Positions 9,842-19,392 of a DNA stretch of 54,246 nucleotides are shown here, one piece after another (within the stretch, counting starts at the first letter, position 1; every line of letters begins with the position of its first letter). This stretch comes from a virus. Taxonomy: Duplodnaviria; Caudoviricetes. The stretch covers positions 1 to 54,246 of the IMG/VR virus record IMGVR_UViG_3300025137_000048; one strand, written 5' to 3'. Under the pieces are notes generated by a model that saw nothing but the letters and a program-made list of their open reading frames with translations, was not told the origin of the DNA and made no database searches. A program made the translations under genes and the position numbers.

Positions 9842-10235
9842 TTTTCTTTATCAATTTTTGTAATTCTGCCGTTGACCCAACAAATAAATTATTCTCTACT
9901 TTATTAGGTGCCTTTACAACCTCATCATTTACTTTTTTCATTTTCATTTGTAACTCTAAAAGTTTTTCAGTTACTTCACCTACATTCTTAATTAGCGTTC
10001 CTGCTACTTCATATGCTCGTGGGTGGTCTGTGTCTTTTGCCAATTGTACAATACCCTCTATGGCGTCTTGTCCTCTTTCAACAAGACTATAAAGATTTTC
10101 TCGACTATACTTGTAGTCGCTATCTATATCCTCTTTTTCTTTAGGACGTGGTATAACTGGTTTATTCTCAACAGGTACGACATCTTTTTTTGTAATGTCT
10201 AGTATCTCGTTGAGTTTATCCTCAACCCTTTTCAT
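9819..10235 (-). CDS. gp16: Terminase small subunit
   Basis: DYKYSRENLY, HPRAYEVAGTLIKNV and NNLFVGSTAELQK motifs; overlaps the gp17 start. Confidence 0.95.
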   Translation of the reverse strand: MKRVEDKLNEILDITKKDVVPVENKPVIPRPKEKEDIDSDYKYSRENLYSLVERGQDAIEGIVQLAKDTDHPRAYEVAGTLIKNVGEVTEKLLELQMKMKKVNDEVVKAPNKVENNLFVGSTAELQKLIKKNGKDISR

Positions 10236-11053
10236 TAACTATCTACGTCTGTGCCAGTTGCAGGATCGTATTCTTTAGTATCCTGAAAGAAAGAACGTTC
10301 TTCATTAAACCCAAAGTTATCGTCAGCGTCTGCTGATGTTGGATTAGGTTGTACAACATATCTTTGCTCTCTTTTTGCAACAGCAGTATTTGTATCAGAG
10401 TATTGATCAACTTGAACTCTCTTAATAACTTTATTACTTGTTACTGGACCATATAGATACATTTTTGCTGTAAAGCTTAAAGTGTACATAATAACTCGTC
10501 TTTCAGTAAATGTGCCATCATAACTATCTTCATATGATACATCACCTAAAACAATAGGCACGTCTCTTACTACTTCTAATTGGGGCATAACATTTAACGT
10601 TATAGTATAGTCTGGTTGAAACATTGGTAGTATTTGTTCTACTACTTGTAATGCGTCTTCACTATTTTTTGCCATAGCAAATAAATTAAAACCAACATTA
10701 TAAGGAACAGGCATATAAGAATTTTGTAATGACTTACTATCTGCACCTTTTACTTTTTTAAATTTTTGTATTCTATTTAATTTTCTTCCTGGGTCATATG
10801 ATAAGGTTGTCATTTCAAAACCAATACGAGGTAATGTTAATGCTGTTGTTGTTGTAGTTTCTGCTGTTCTAGCAGAATCCTGATCTATACGAGTTAAGAA
10901 TTTTTGTTTTGGTCCATAGGCCAAAGGTACTTTCATTTTTTGTATTGTTTTACCTGAACTGTTTTTACGATAAACGTAAATGTCATTGAATAAAGTACCA
11001 AATGCAACAACGGTCTTTCTAATCAATTCATGGTATTGTGCGTCTTTAAACAT
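10235..11053 (-). CDS. gp15: Tail sheath stabiliser / tail terminator
   Basis: RKTVVAFGTLFNDI, KVPLAYGPKQKFL, LPRIGFEM and QVVEQILPMFQP motifs. Confidence 0.95.
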   Translation of the reverse strand: MFKDAQYHELIRKTVVAFGTLFNDIYVYRKNSSGKTIQKMKVPLAYGPKQKFLTRIDQDSARTAETTTTTALTLPRIGFEMTTLSYDPGRKLNRIQKFKKVKGADSKSLQNSYMPVPYNVGFNLFAMAKNSEDALQVVEQILPMFQPDYTITLNVMPQLEVVRDVPIVLGDVSYEDSYDGTFTERRVIMYTLSFTAKMYLYGPVTSNKVIKRVQVDQYSDTNTAVAKREQRYVVQPNPTSADADDNFGFNEERSFFQDTKEYDPATGTDVDS

Positions 11054-11061
11054 TATATCTC

Positions 11062-11928
11062 CTAATTACTTGGATCGCCAAATGGATTTTTTTCTGTGAA
11101 ATCAAAGATGTCGTTGTCTGGGTCGAAATCATCAAGTCCTGCAGCTGCGTCAAAAGCAGAATTATCTCCACCAATTGGATCCGTTGCCATATTTTCTGTT
11201 GCGGCGTCTTCTAATAATATATATTCGATATAATTTGGATCATCTTCGTATATAATATTATCGCCATCTGTTTCATCTACTAAGTATTCACCTGCTTCAG
11301 TTAATACTGCTTCTACATCACCAGTTATGCTTTCTGAAACTAAAGCACCAGATGAAGTGGTACCTATCTCTAATGATATTTGGTTTTCTAATACATCCAT
11401 TGAGACTGAATCCAAACGACTATCAATATCACCGACACCTGTTTCAACGCTTTCTGAAGCGTATTCCCACATAGAACATTTAAGTTTAAATATAGGAAGA
11501 TCGTTAATTTGATACATTGGATCTTCGTCTTCAACAAAATCAATTTGGAAAAACTTTTTAAATCTTTCCAACCATACAATATCACCTTCTCTTGGTCTAT
11601 TGATTGAAAGAGTGTTTGATGTATTGTCAACCAATACTTCAAATGTACGTCTTGCAACAACCAAAGTTAATTCGTCTCTTACCTCTAAACCAAACTTACC
11701 AACAAGATCACCTTGACCAGCAAAGCCATTTACATCTTCTACATACATTTCAATAGAGTATGCGTCTGTAAATTTATCTGTGGTATTTCCTAATATACTA
11801 TCTTTAGTTATTTCTTCTCTTGGTAAATAATAGGTATCTTGCCCATAGATTTTTAATTGTTCTATGATTAAATCTTCGTAAAGATTTTTTTCTGCGTGAG
11901 TTCCATGGCTGAAATAAGTATTTCTCAT
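11062..11928 (-). CDS. gp14: Neck protein
   Basis: EQLKIYGQDTYYLPRE, KFGLEVRDE, RPREGD and C-terminal DFTEKNPFG motifs. Confidence 0.94.
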   Translation of the reverse strand: MRNTYFSHGTHAEKNLYEDLIIEQLKIYGQDTYYLPREEITKDSILGNTTDKFTDAYSIEMYVEDVNGFAGQGDLVGKFGLEVRDELTLVVARRTFEVLVDNTSNTLSINRPREGDIVWLERFKKFFQIDFVEDEDPMYQINDLPIFKLKCSMWEYASESVETGVGDIDSRLDSVSMDVLENQISLEIGTTSSGALVSESITGDVEAVLTEAGEYLVDETDGDNIIYEDDPNYIEYILLEDAATENMATDPIGGDNSAFDAAAGLDDFDPDNDIFDFTEKNPFGDPSN

Positions 11929-11931
11929 GGC

Positions 11932-12759
11932 CTACCCTATCATATAGTGTGGAGGTAATTCGTATGCTAATTGTATCTGTTCTTCAAGTCTATTAATTTC
12001 TTCTTGAGCTTGTGTGTAAATTTGTTCGCCGTTCATTTGAACACCACCTAACATAGCTACACCTTGAAACTTAGAAAGATTTTGACCCCATTGTTTTTTA
12101 ACTAATTGTATAAGATATTTTTTTAAAAAGATATCATCAAATACATCGCTGTAATTTGAACCATCTAATTTACGATAACATTCTATAAGCATAAAGTCAC
12201 CGGCGTCAACATCATTTTTCCAATCCATGTCAACATACAATCTATTAGTGTGTGCATTAAATCTAACAGGTCTTTCACCAGTAAGAATATGATCTAATAA
12301 ATCTAAATGTCTTAGTGTCATATCGTAATGAATAATACTTGTAGATGAAAAATCATATAAATCGTTTAATCTTAATTGATATCGTACATCAAACAAGTTT
12401 AATGCAGCTTTATCTGTGAAAGGAAATACTTGAACTACGGACATAACATTAGAAGGCATGGGTATATAATTTTTACCTTCTTTAAAAATTGCTGTAACTG
12501 AGGAATCTCTTACATCTGTAACAGTAGGTAAAGTTTCATTACTTCTTGCTCTTACAATATCGTCTGCTGTGACTTGATATTTAAGATACATTCTTTCAAC
12601 ACCATCGTAATGATATTGAGCAAAGTATTGTAATGCTTCGTCTATTCTATCCTCTACTTGATCGTCTTCTACATTTATCTCAACAACAGGTTTGCCTAAT
12701 GCTCTTAGACAATATTGTTTGAGTGTTTCTCTTGTAGTTATTGGGTTATTTTGTGCCAT
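11932..12759 (-). CDS. gp13: Neck protein
   Basis: LKQYCLRALGKPVVEINV, HYDGVERMY and KQWGQNLSKFQGVAMLGGV motifs. Confidence 0.95.
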   Translation of the reverse strand: MAQNNPITTRETLKQYCLRALGKPVVEINVEDDQVEDRIDEALQYFAQYHYDGVERMYLKYQVTADDIVRARSNETLPTVTDVRDSSVTAIFKEGKNYIPMPSNVMSVVQVFPFTDKAALNLFDVRYQLRLNDLYDFSSTSIIHYDMTLRHLDLLDHILTGERPVRFNAHTNRLYVDMDWKNDVDAGDFMLIECYRKLDGSNYSDVFDDIFLKKYLIQLVKKQWGQNLSKFQGVAMLGGVQMNGEQIYTQAQEEINRLEEQIQLAYELPPHYMIG

Positions 12760-12778
12760 GTTATAGTCCTTATTAGAC

Positions 12779-12786
12779 TATTTATA
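12779..12786 (-). promoter_or_regulatory. T4 late promoter (TATAAATA) for gp13
   Basis: Exact consensus about 20 nt upstream of the gp13 start. Confidence 0.8.
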
Positions 12787-15441
12787 TTAACCTAGCGCTA
12801 TGGCTTGTGCAATAGCAAATGCTGGTGTTGTTTTTGTGTCTAATTGTGTTTGAATATTCTCTGATACACCGTCAAGATGACCTATTTCAGTTGACGTAAC
12901 CACACTTACAGATACATCACCACTACCATCAGATACTAATGCTCTGCCGTTAGTTAAGTTTGCCATCTTACTAAATGCAATTGCAGCACCAGATTTAATG
13001 TCTGCATTTACGATATTTGTAATTGTATTGTTATCGCTATCAATACTTTTATTTGTTAATGTATCAGTTGTTGCTTTACCTACTAAAGTATCAGTTGCGT
13101 TAGGTAGTGATACTGTTCTATCAGCAGTTGGATCAACGGTTGTTAAAGTTGTTTCAAAACTATCGTTTGTTGCACCCTCAAAAATCATTACAGCGTCTTC
13201 GAGTAAAGTTAATGATGTGCCAACAGTTCCTGTATTAATAACAGGACTTGTAAGAGTTTTATTTGTTAATGTGTTAGAACCTGCTAGGGTTGCAAAACTA
13301 TCACTTTGTAATGCACTATTAAATTCTGATACTGAACCTGTTAGTGTATTTGTTTGTAAATCAATACTTTTGTTTGTTAATGTGTCTGTTGTTGCTTTAC
13401 CTACTAGTGTGTCAGTTGCATTTGGTATTGTTACAGTACGATCAGCAGTTGGATCTGTAATTGCAAGAGTTGTTTCAAAACTGTTTGCTGTACTACCTTC
13501 AAATACAATGTTTTGTGAGAAGATACCTGCTGATGTAACCTCTGCTAAGTTACCTGTTGTAATAACTGTACCAGATACGTTAGGTAAAGTAATTGTTCTA
13601 TCTGCCGTTGGGTCTGTTACAGCAATTGTAGTTTCAAAACTATCTGCTGTACTACCTTCAAATACAATAGTTGGACTATTGATTGTGGGTGAATTAATTG
13701 TAGGACTTGTTAAAGTCTTATTTGTTAATGTATCTGTTGTTGCCTTACCTACTAGTGTGTCTGTTGCATTAGGAAACGTAATTGTTCTATCTGCTGTAGG
13801 ATCTGTTACTGCTAATGTTGTTTCAAAACTATCTGCTGTTGAACCTTCAAATATAATAGTAGGAGTTACTAATGTTTTGTTTGTAACAGTTGCTGTTGAA
13901 GTTGTTGATAATAAAACACCATCATCACCAGATGGTAATGTAAGAGTATTATCTGCTGCTTGAGCGTGTGGTGCGCCTATGAGTGTTTGTGCATGTGCAT
14001 TTGAACTCTCACAATAAAATAAAATTTTTGAAGCAGTACCACCATTTTTTAAATCAATAACACCAGTATCAATACTAACGTTACCATCAATTACAACCTT
14101 ACCTGTACCATGTGGCGTTAATGCAATGTTTCTATTTGAAGCAGTAGTAACAATAGCACTTGTCTCTACATCTAAGTTACCACCTAAACTTGGAGAACTA
14201 TCGTCTGCAACATTTGATAAACCTGCACCTGCAGCTGAACTTACTGAGGTAAATGAAAGATTACCTGAACCGTCTGTAATTAAAACTTGATTTGCGTCAC
14301 CGTCAGTATTAGGTAAAACAAAACTTATATTGCCTGCTATTTGAGGCGACACTATTGAAATTGAATGTGAACCATCAGATGGATCGTATAATTTTATACC
14401 TGCACTTGATATTGTTCCTTTTGTAATAGTTAAATTGCCTGAAGATGAACTATTGAATGAACCTGTACCAAACGTAAATTCGTCAGCACTTTCATCAAAG
14501 CCCATAAAGATATTTGCACTACTACCTCTTTCACCCACTATACCTATATCGCCAGAAGGCGTACCACTTGTACCAGTTGCTAATTCAATTATTTTATCTG
14601 TAATAGTTGTATTAGTTGAAGATACGGATGTTGTTGTACCACTAACAGTAAGATTTCCTGATACTGTTAGATTACCAGCAATTGTTGGATTATCTACAAT
14701 ACCTATTGTTACTGTACCTGAACTTTCTGCTACAGTTGTTTCATTTGAAACAGCAGAAAAAGTTACTGTACCACCTAAAGAAACAGCACTTGTATTAGAA
14801 CCATCTGAAACTGTGATTGAAGAATTACTTAATTTTGCATTACCTATGCTACCTGCAAGTTTAGAAGCAGCAATTGAACCTCCTAACATTGTATTTGTAA
14901 CTGAACCTGTATCACCAGTCGTAACAACTGTACCTGTAACATTTGGTACTGTAATTGTTCTATCTGCTGTTGGATCTGTTACTGATATTGTGGTTTCAAA
15001 ACTGTTTGCTGTGCTACCTTCAAATATTAAACTGCCTGACGTAATAGACGGCGTTGTCATTTGAGGTGTCGTGATAGTAGGGTTTGTTAATGTCTTATTT
15101 GTAAGTGTTTTAGATGTAGCAGAAAATAACGTATCTAATTGAGATAATAAAACTCTACCTTCCGTACCATCATCTGACAATAAAAGTTTATCACCTACGG
15201 CTAATGTTGCACTTTCTAAATTCGTTGCACCGTCAATATTAACAATTGCTTCTACACTACCAAACTCTAACGCACTAGCGCCTGAGTTTACTTTTAGTAC
15301 CTGACCTGCACTACCTATTGATAATGCCGCACCAATACCACCATGTGCCAAAGGTATTGTATCACCAGATTGAAATTCTGCAAGACCTGTTGCTACGTTA
15401 CTATCGTTAAAGACGGCTCTTATTGGTTTTTTATCTGCCAT
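12787..15441 (-). CDS. Repeat-rich tail fibre / fibritin-position virion protein
   Basis: 884 aa Thr/Ser-rich protein with five copies of FEG(S/A)Tx(N/D)SFETTxxxxDPTADRTxxxPN, TLTNKT repeats and a C-terminal AFAIAQAIALG; sits upstream of gp13, where T4 has wac. Confidence 0.75.
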   Translation of the reverse strand: MADKKPIRAVFNDSNVATGLAEFQSGDTIPLAHGGIGAALSIGSAGQVLKVNSGASALEFGSVEAIVNIDGATNLESATLAVGDKLLLSDDGTEGRVLLSQLDTLFSATSKTLTNKTLTNPTITTPQMTTPSITSGSLIFEGSTANSFETTISVTDPTADRTITVPNVTGTVVTTGDTGSVTNTMLGGSIAASKLAGSIGNAKLSNSSITVSDGSNTSAVSLGGTVTFSAVSNETTVAESSGTVTIGIVDNPTIAGNLTVSGNLTVSGTTTSVSSTNTTITDKIIELATGTSGTPSGDIGIVGERGSSANIFMGFDESADEFTFGTGSFNSSSSGNLTITKGTISSAGIKLYDPSDGSHSISIVSPQIAGNISFVLPNTDGDANQVLITDGSGNLSFTSVSSAAGAGLSNVADDSSPSLGGNLDVETSAIVTTASNRNIALTPHGTGKVVIDGNVSIDTGVIDLKNGGTASKILFYCESSNAHAQTLIGAPHAQAADNTLTLPSGDDGVLLSTTSTATVTNKTLVTPTIIFEGSTADSFETTLAVTDPTADRTITFPNATDTLVGKATTDTLTNKTLTSPTINSPTINSPTIVFEGSTADSFETTIAVTDPTADRTITLPNVSGTVITTGNLAEVTSAGIFSQNIVFEGSTANSFETTLAITDPTADRTVTIPNATDTLVGKATTDTLTNKSIDLQTNTLTGSVSEFNSALQSDSFATLAGSNTLTNKTLTSPVINTGTVGTSLTLLEDAVMIFEGATNDSFETTLTTVDPTADRTVSLPNATDTLVGKATTDTLTNKSIDSDNNTITNIVNADIKSGAAIAFSKMANLTNGRALVSDGSGDVSVSVVTSTEIGHLDGVSENIQTQLDTKTTPAFAIAQAIALG

Positions 15442-15447
15442 ATGCTA

Positions 15448-15454
15448 TATTTAG
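15448..15454 (-). promoter_or_regulatory. Late promoter variant (CTAAATA), possibly leaderless
   Basis: Box is 6 nt from the ATG at 15441, with no SD sequence between. Confidence 0.45.
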
Positions 15455-16587
15455 AATTGAAAAAGCGTAGGGTCAGCGTCTGCCAACGCACTACCATTTG
15501 CCAATGTAAAACTCTTTGTTCCTGTAAAAACAAACTTATCATCAATAACCGCATTGAACTCAAAGTCTGTATTCTTTGTTGATAATCCACCTGACGCACT
15601 AAAGAAAGGTATAACTCTTGATACTTGACCAGCATTACCTGTTGAACCAGTTGATATAACAGCAAGTTGATTGTCTCCAGATTTAGAACCTGCTGGTAAT
15701 TCTACACCTGCTGCTGATACGGCGACTGTGCCAGTACCATCTGAACTAATTGTAGCACCACCAAGGTTAATTGTTTGGCCTGCTAAGAAAATATCTTTAA
15801 ATCTTTTAGAGGCAGTACCTAAACTCCTAGTACCATTGCCATCAGGTATAATATCTTGATCAACGGCTGATAAGTCACTTGCGACTTCACCAAAATCAAA
15901 TTTATTAGTTGATGAATTAAATTTTAATGCAAAACCATTTTGTTTTGAACTAATATCTACATCATCTAAATCTTTTAATGCACCAGCACCACCTCCACTA
16001 CTATGTGATTGTGATACTTTAATTAATTGTTTTGTTAAATTGTCTAATCGTTTTTCTAAACCCTCTACTGATGGTGGCACTCTTTTTGGTTTTTGTGCCT
16101 TTTCTATTTTATCTAATTCTTTTGTAGTTAATTCTATTATGGGCGAAATTGTTTTTGGCGCTTCTGTCGTTTCGGGTTGCCTGTGTTCCACGGTGTCCAC
16201 AGATTTGGATTTTCTTTTTGCTCTTTTCTTTTGGGGCTTTTCTTGACCTGGCGTAATTTCTTTGGTGTGGTCTGTGTAGTCTTTTGTTCCAATGGCATAA
16301 CTTTCTTCCTTTTTTGTTTCGTCAGCAAGTTGTGATAATTGTTGTAGAAGACCTATTTTTTCCTCTGTTGTAACAACCTCTTTTTCAGCCTCAATTACTT
16401 CTTCTTTAATTTTTTGTGTTTCTTTTGCAACCTCTGACAACTCTGCCATCATTGAAGCAAAGGAAACATCTTTATTGAGCTCTTCTACTTTTTTCTGTTT
16501 TTTCTTTTTTTCTTCAGCTTTTGCCTTAGATAGTTCACTTAGTAGTGAACCTAAATCAGATGAAACATCAACATTATTTTTTGCCAT
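15451..16587 (-). CDS. Hypothetical virion protein (charged N-terminal half, fibre-like C-terminal half)
   Basis: Lys/Glu-rich N-terminus, then GGGAGALKDLDDVD and IIPDGNGTRSLGTASKRFKDIFL, which resemble phage fibre motifs. Confidence 0.6.
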   Translation of the reverse strand: MAKNNVDVSSDLGSLLSELSKAKAEEKKKKQKKVEELNKDVSFASMMAELSEVAKETQKIKEEVIEAEKEVVTTEEKIGLLQQLSQLADETKKEESYAIGTKDYTDHTKEITPGQEKPQKKRAKRKSKSVDTVEHRQPETTEAPKTISPIIELTTKELDKIEKAQKPKRVPPSVEGLEKRLDNLTKQLIKVSQSHSSGGGAGALKDLDDVDISSKQNGFALKFNSSTNKFDFGEVASDLSAVDQDIIPDGNGTRSLGTASKRFKDIFLAGQTINLGGATISSDGTGTVAVSAAGVELPAGSKSGDNQLAVISTGSTGNAGQVSRVIPFFSASGGLSTKNTDFEFNAVIDDKFVFTGTKSFTLANGSALADADPTLFQF

Positions 16588-16590
16588 AAA

Positions 16591-16956
16591 TTATCTAGTA
16601 ACGTTTGGTCTTACCGTCACGGTTCCTTGTATTGGTCTAGTTACTGTGCTATCAGAAGCAGTTATTTCAACATCATATACATATCTTCCTTCTTCTAATG
16701 CAGCCGTTTGTGTTGGTGTTAAACTTAAAGTAAGTTTGCCACTAGATGTTGTTGAATTTATTGCTGTAGTAAAAGATGTTGATGATGAAGAAGAATAAGA
16801 TTTGCGAATTTGTGCAGCTACAGAATAACCTGCTAAATCAACAATGCTATCATTTTGATATACTGTTATTTCTGTACTAAAAGACGCCCCTTGATCCATT
16901 GTCAAATTTGCAATGGCAGCAACATTAGGCGCCGTTGTAATCGTTGTTGTTGGCAT
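16591..16956 (-). CDS. Small beta-sandwich virion protein
   Basis: NLTMDQGASF, DLAGYSVAAQIRKSY and GRYVYDVEI pattern, typical of small structural proteins in T4-like phages. Confidence 0.65.
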   Translation of the reverse strand: MPTTTITTAPNVAAIANLTMDQGASFSTEITVYQNDSIVDLAGYSVAAQIRKSYSSSSSTSFTTAINSTTSSGKLTLSLTPTQTAALEEGRYVYDVEITASDSTVTRPIQGTVTVRPNVTR

Positions 16957-16975
16957 ACTAAATCTCCTGTTGTAC

Positions 16976-16982
16976 TATTTAT
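16976..16982 (-). promoter_or_regulatory. Late promoter (ATAAATA)
   Basis: ATAAATAGT upstream of the AGGAG RBS of the gene starting at 16956. Confidence 0.7.
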
Positions 16983-17596
16983 GTAAATTTAATATCAAAA
17001 CTTATCATAACCCTAGGATCCTTAGATTTACTAGGTTCTACAAAATGATCTAGATATGGTGGCCATAACATTAAGTCACTTTCTACTGGTAATCGCCAAT
17101 GCCACTCTCCTTTATGAATTTTAGCAGTAGACCAATAATGATTAATTGCTGCGTGTCTAGGGTCTCTAAATGCAATTCTACCTGAGTTTTCAGGAATTTG
17201 TAAATAGTACGCACCTGATAAATCGTAGTGTGTACCATGACAATGTAACACATTGTAAGAATGTTCAAAATTAATTGCTGCCCACATTTGTGTTATGTTC
17301 ATTCCTGTAATGTCAGGAAATATAGTTTTACATATATTAAATATTTGTTGACCTAACTCATTCATTGCTGGTTCTTTATGTAAATCAGTACGACTTTGCC
17401 AACCTCCTTGACGATTTGATTTTTGAAGACTATCTGGGTTCTTATCATACTCACTTCGAATAAAAGATAACAAGTCTTCGTTAAGAGATACCTTTCTTTC
17501 TTGTTGAGTATTTACACCTATATTTGACATCCACAGAGGGGTAGGATATAAATCTACTCTTTCTATTGTTGTGGAACCTTTTGGATCAAGGGACAT
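16979..17596 (-). CDS. Putative 2OG-Fe(II) oxygenase (HxH type, TIGR02466-like)
   Basis: SNRQGGWQS, HCH, LSGAYY, FRDPR, distal H and RVMISFD. Confidence 0.85.
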   Translation of the reverse strand: MSLDPKGSTTIERVDLYPTPLWMSNIGVNTQQERKVSLNEDLLSFIRSEYDKNPDSLQKSNRQGGWQSRTDLHKEPAMNELGQQIFNICKTIFPDITGMNITQMWAAINFEHSYNVLHCHGTHYDLSGAYYLQIPENSGRIAFRDPRHAAINHYWSTAKIHKGEWHWRLPVESDLMLWPPYLDHFVEPSKSKDPRVMISFDIKFT

Positions 17597-17918
17597 ATAC
17601 TACCAATCCGTTATGTTTGTTTTTTAATTCTATTTGACAAGATAAACGACTTGCTTGTTCATCAAAGTTTTCTTCATACTCTAATAACGAAAGTTCAGGA
17701 GTGTTATCGCTTGCAGGTCCAGTTACTTGACGCCATTCCTTAGGCACATGAACATGACAAGTTGCACACGAACAAGACCCACCACAATCACCTTCAATAC
17801 CACTAACATATTTGTTCTTAGAATAGAAGCGTGTTGCTTCCATAAGAGTGGTATTTTCAGGTACTTGTATTGTTTCTTTTTCTCCTGTATCTTTTTGTAT
17901 TAAAGTTACTTCAATCAA
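17586..17918 (-). CDS. fdx: [2Fe-2S] ferredoxin, adrenodoxin/ISC-Fdx type
   Basis: GDCGGSCSCATCHV (C-x5-C-x2-C) plus SRLSCQI. Confidence 0.92.
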   Translation of the reverse strand: MIEVTLIQKDTGEKETIQVPENTTLMEATRFYSKNKYVSGIEGDCGGSCSCATCHVHVPKEWRQVTGPASDNTPELSLLEYEENFDEQASRLSCQIELKNKHNGLVVYVP

Positions 17919-18647
17919 TTATCTTACTCCGTCTTGATTTAATGCCATTTCTAATTCTATTCGGTCATCAAAATTTACACTTACTGATACTCTTTCTGTA
18001 TCTGCTTGAAAAGGATAAACCATGTGAGATAATTGAGCAGGAAAAAAGAATATTTGTTTTTCTTTTGGTGTTCTAATCCAACCACCACTTGAAAACGACA
18101 TACCTGAATTACCAAAACTAAATTCAATACGACCTGCTGATGGTGTATTACTTCTTTTTGTATGATCTGCCTTTTCATTTTCTTCTTCTATTTCTTTAGG
18201 TACTCTTAAATAAGTAACACATGATATTTTACCTGTATGATTGTGTGCAGGATTCCATTCATTTGATTTCATAAAATTAACCCATACTGGTTTTTGCATT
18301 ATTATTTCATTTGGTTGTCTTACAAATCTTTTTTTAATTTTGTTTGCTTGATGAGCAGCATTAGTATAGTGTGCTGCTAAAAAACAAAATTCGTCTTCAA
18401 TCATTTTTGCTTCTTCTTTAGTAAATGCTTTATCATAAGAATATTCTTCACTTAAACAACCTGCTAATCTACCCCTATAATCATTTGTCTCTGTGTTAAT
18501 ATCTGAATTAGGATGTGTGCCGTCTCTTAATTGATCTGCTCTGTTTAATAATGTACTATGCAATTCATCACTTATAGTTGTTTCCATAATTACAGGACCA
18601 AAAGGAACAGTCCAATCTATTTGTCTACCTTCTATACTCATACCCAC
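17919..18647 (-). CDS. Putative 2OG-Fe(II) oxygenase (HxH type)
   Basis: WVNFMKSNEWNPAHNH, ISCVTYL, FFFPAQLSHMVYPF and RVSVSVN. Confidence 0.85.
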   Translation of the reverse strand: MGMSIEGRQIDWTVPFGPVIMETTISDELHSTLLNRADQLRDGTHPNSDINTETNDYRGRLAGCLSEEYSYDKAFTKEEAKMIEDEFCFLAAHYTNAAHQANKIKKRFVRQPNEIIMQKPVWVNFMKSNEWNPAHNHTGKISCVTYLRVPKEIEEENEKADHTKRSNTPSAGRIEFSFGNSGMSFSSGGWIRTPKEKQIFFFPAQLSHMVYPFQADTERVSVSVNFDDRIELEMALNQDGVR

Positions 18648-19378
18648 TGCTCTTTCTCATCAGCGTGTTTACCACCTTCTTGAAATTCACCATGATGTTT
18701 TGCTTCTGCTATTTTTAATTTATTCATTGCGTCCATGTTTTTTGATGTGTGAGGATAACCAAGACCTGGTCGACAATCAAACTTTGCGTCTTTGAAAGGA
18801 CCATTTCTATCACAATAATGAAAGAACACTTGTGATTGCATAAGACCTTTAAATTCTTCACGCCAATGATCTACTTCACAACCACGATAAATTATTGCGT
18901 CACCTGGTTGCATATCGTAACCTTTATCTTCTTTAGGATTACCACCATATCGTTGACCGTTAGCAGTATTATTAACCCATAGTTGCCAGTTATAATCTGT
19001 TTTCTTAAATGCGTCTAGATTACTATAATCATAACCCAAACATATTGTAGCAGATATTTCACAAGCAGGTCTGTCAGTATGATGTTTTAATATATCACCT
19101 TGTTTATATACTCTATAAAAAGTATATGTAGGCCATAACTCTACACCTGTTAATTCTTCCATCTTTGGCCATGTGTGTTCAAAAATAGATTCCATTAAGT
19201 GATCACCATGTATTGAATGTGTATGTGGTATTTGACCTGTTGCACTTTCTGGTGAATGATTATGTCTTGCCTGATGTAGTGTGTATGTTGTAGCAAGTTT
19301 TGCTAATTCAGGACTAATAAAATTTTTTACTAAAAGATATCTATCCTTTTCAAATTGTTCCATTGTTTCTTTACTCAT
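18638..19378 (-). CDS. Putative 2OG-Fe(II) oxygenase (HxD type)
   Basis: PTYTFYRVYKQGDILKHHTDRPACEISAT, GDAIIYRGCEVDHWRE and QVFFHY. Confidence 0.85.
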   Translation of the reverse strand: MSKETMEQFEKDRYLLVKNFISPELAKLATTYTLHQARHNHSPESATGQIPHTHSIHGDHLMESIFEHTWPKMEELTGVELWPTYTFYRVYKQGDILKHHTDRPACEISATICLGYDYSNLDAFKKTDYNWQLWVNNTANGQRYGGNPKEDKGYDMQPGDAIIYRGCEVDHWREEFKGLMQSQVFFHYCDRNGPFKDAKFDCRPGLGYPHTSKNMDAMNKLKIAEAKHHGEFQEGGKHADEKEQWV

Positions 19379-19392
19379 TTTAGTTCTCCTTA

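Noticed and set aside
12998-15064. Long plus-strand ORFs (321 aa and 209 aa)
   Set aside because: They are antisense shadows of the Thr/Ser-rich fibre gene; Val-rich mirror translation with no recognisable motif.
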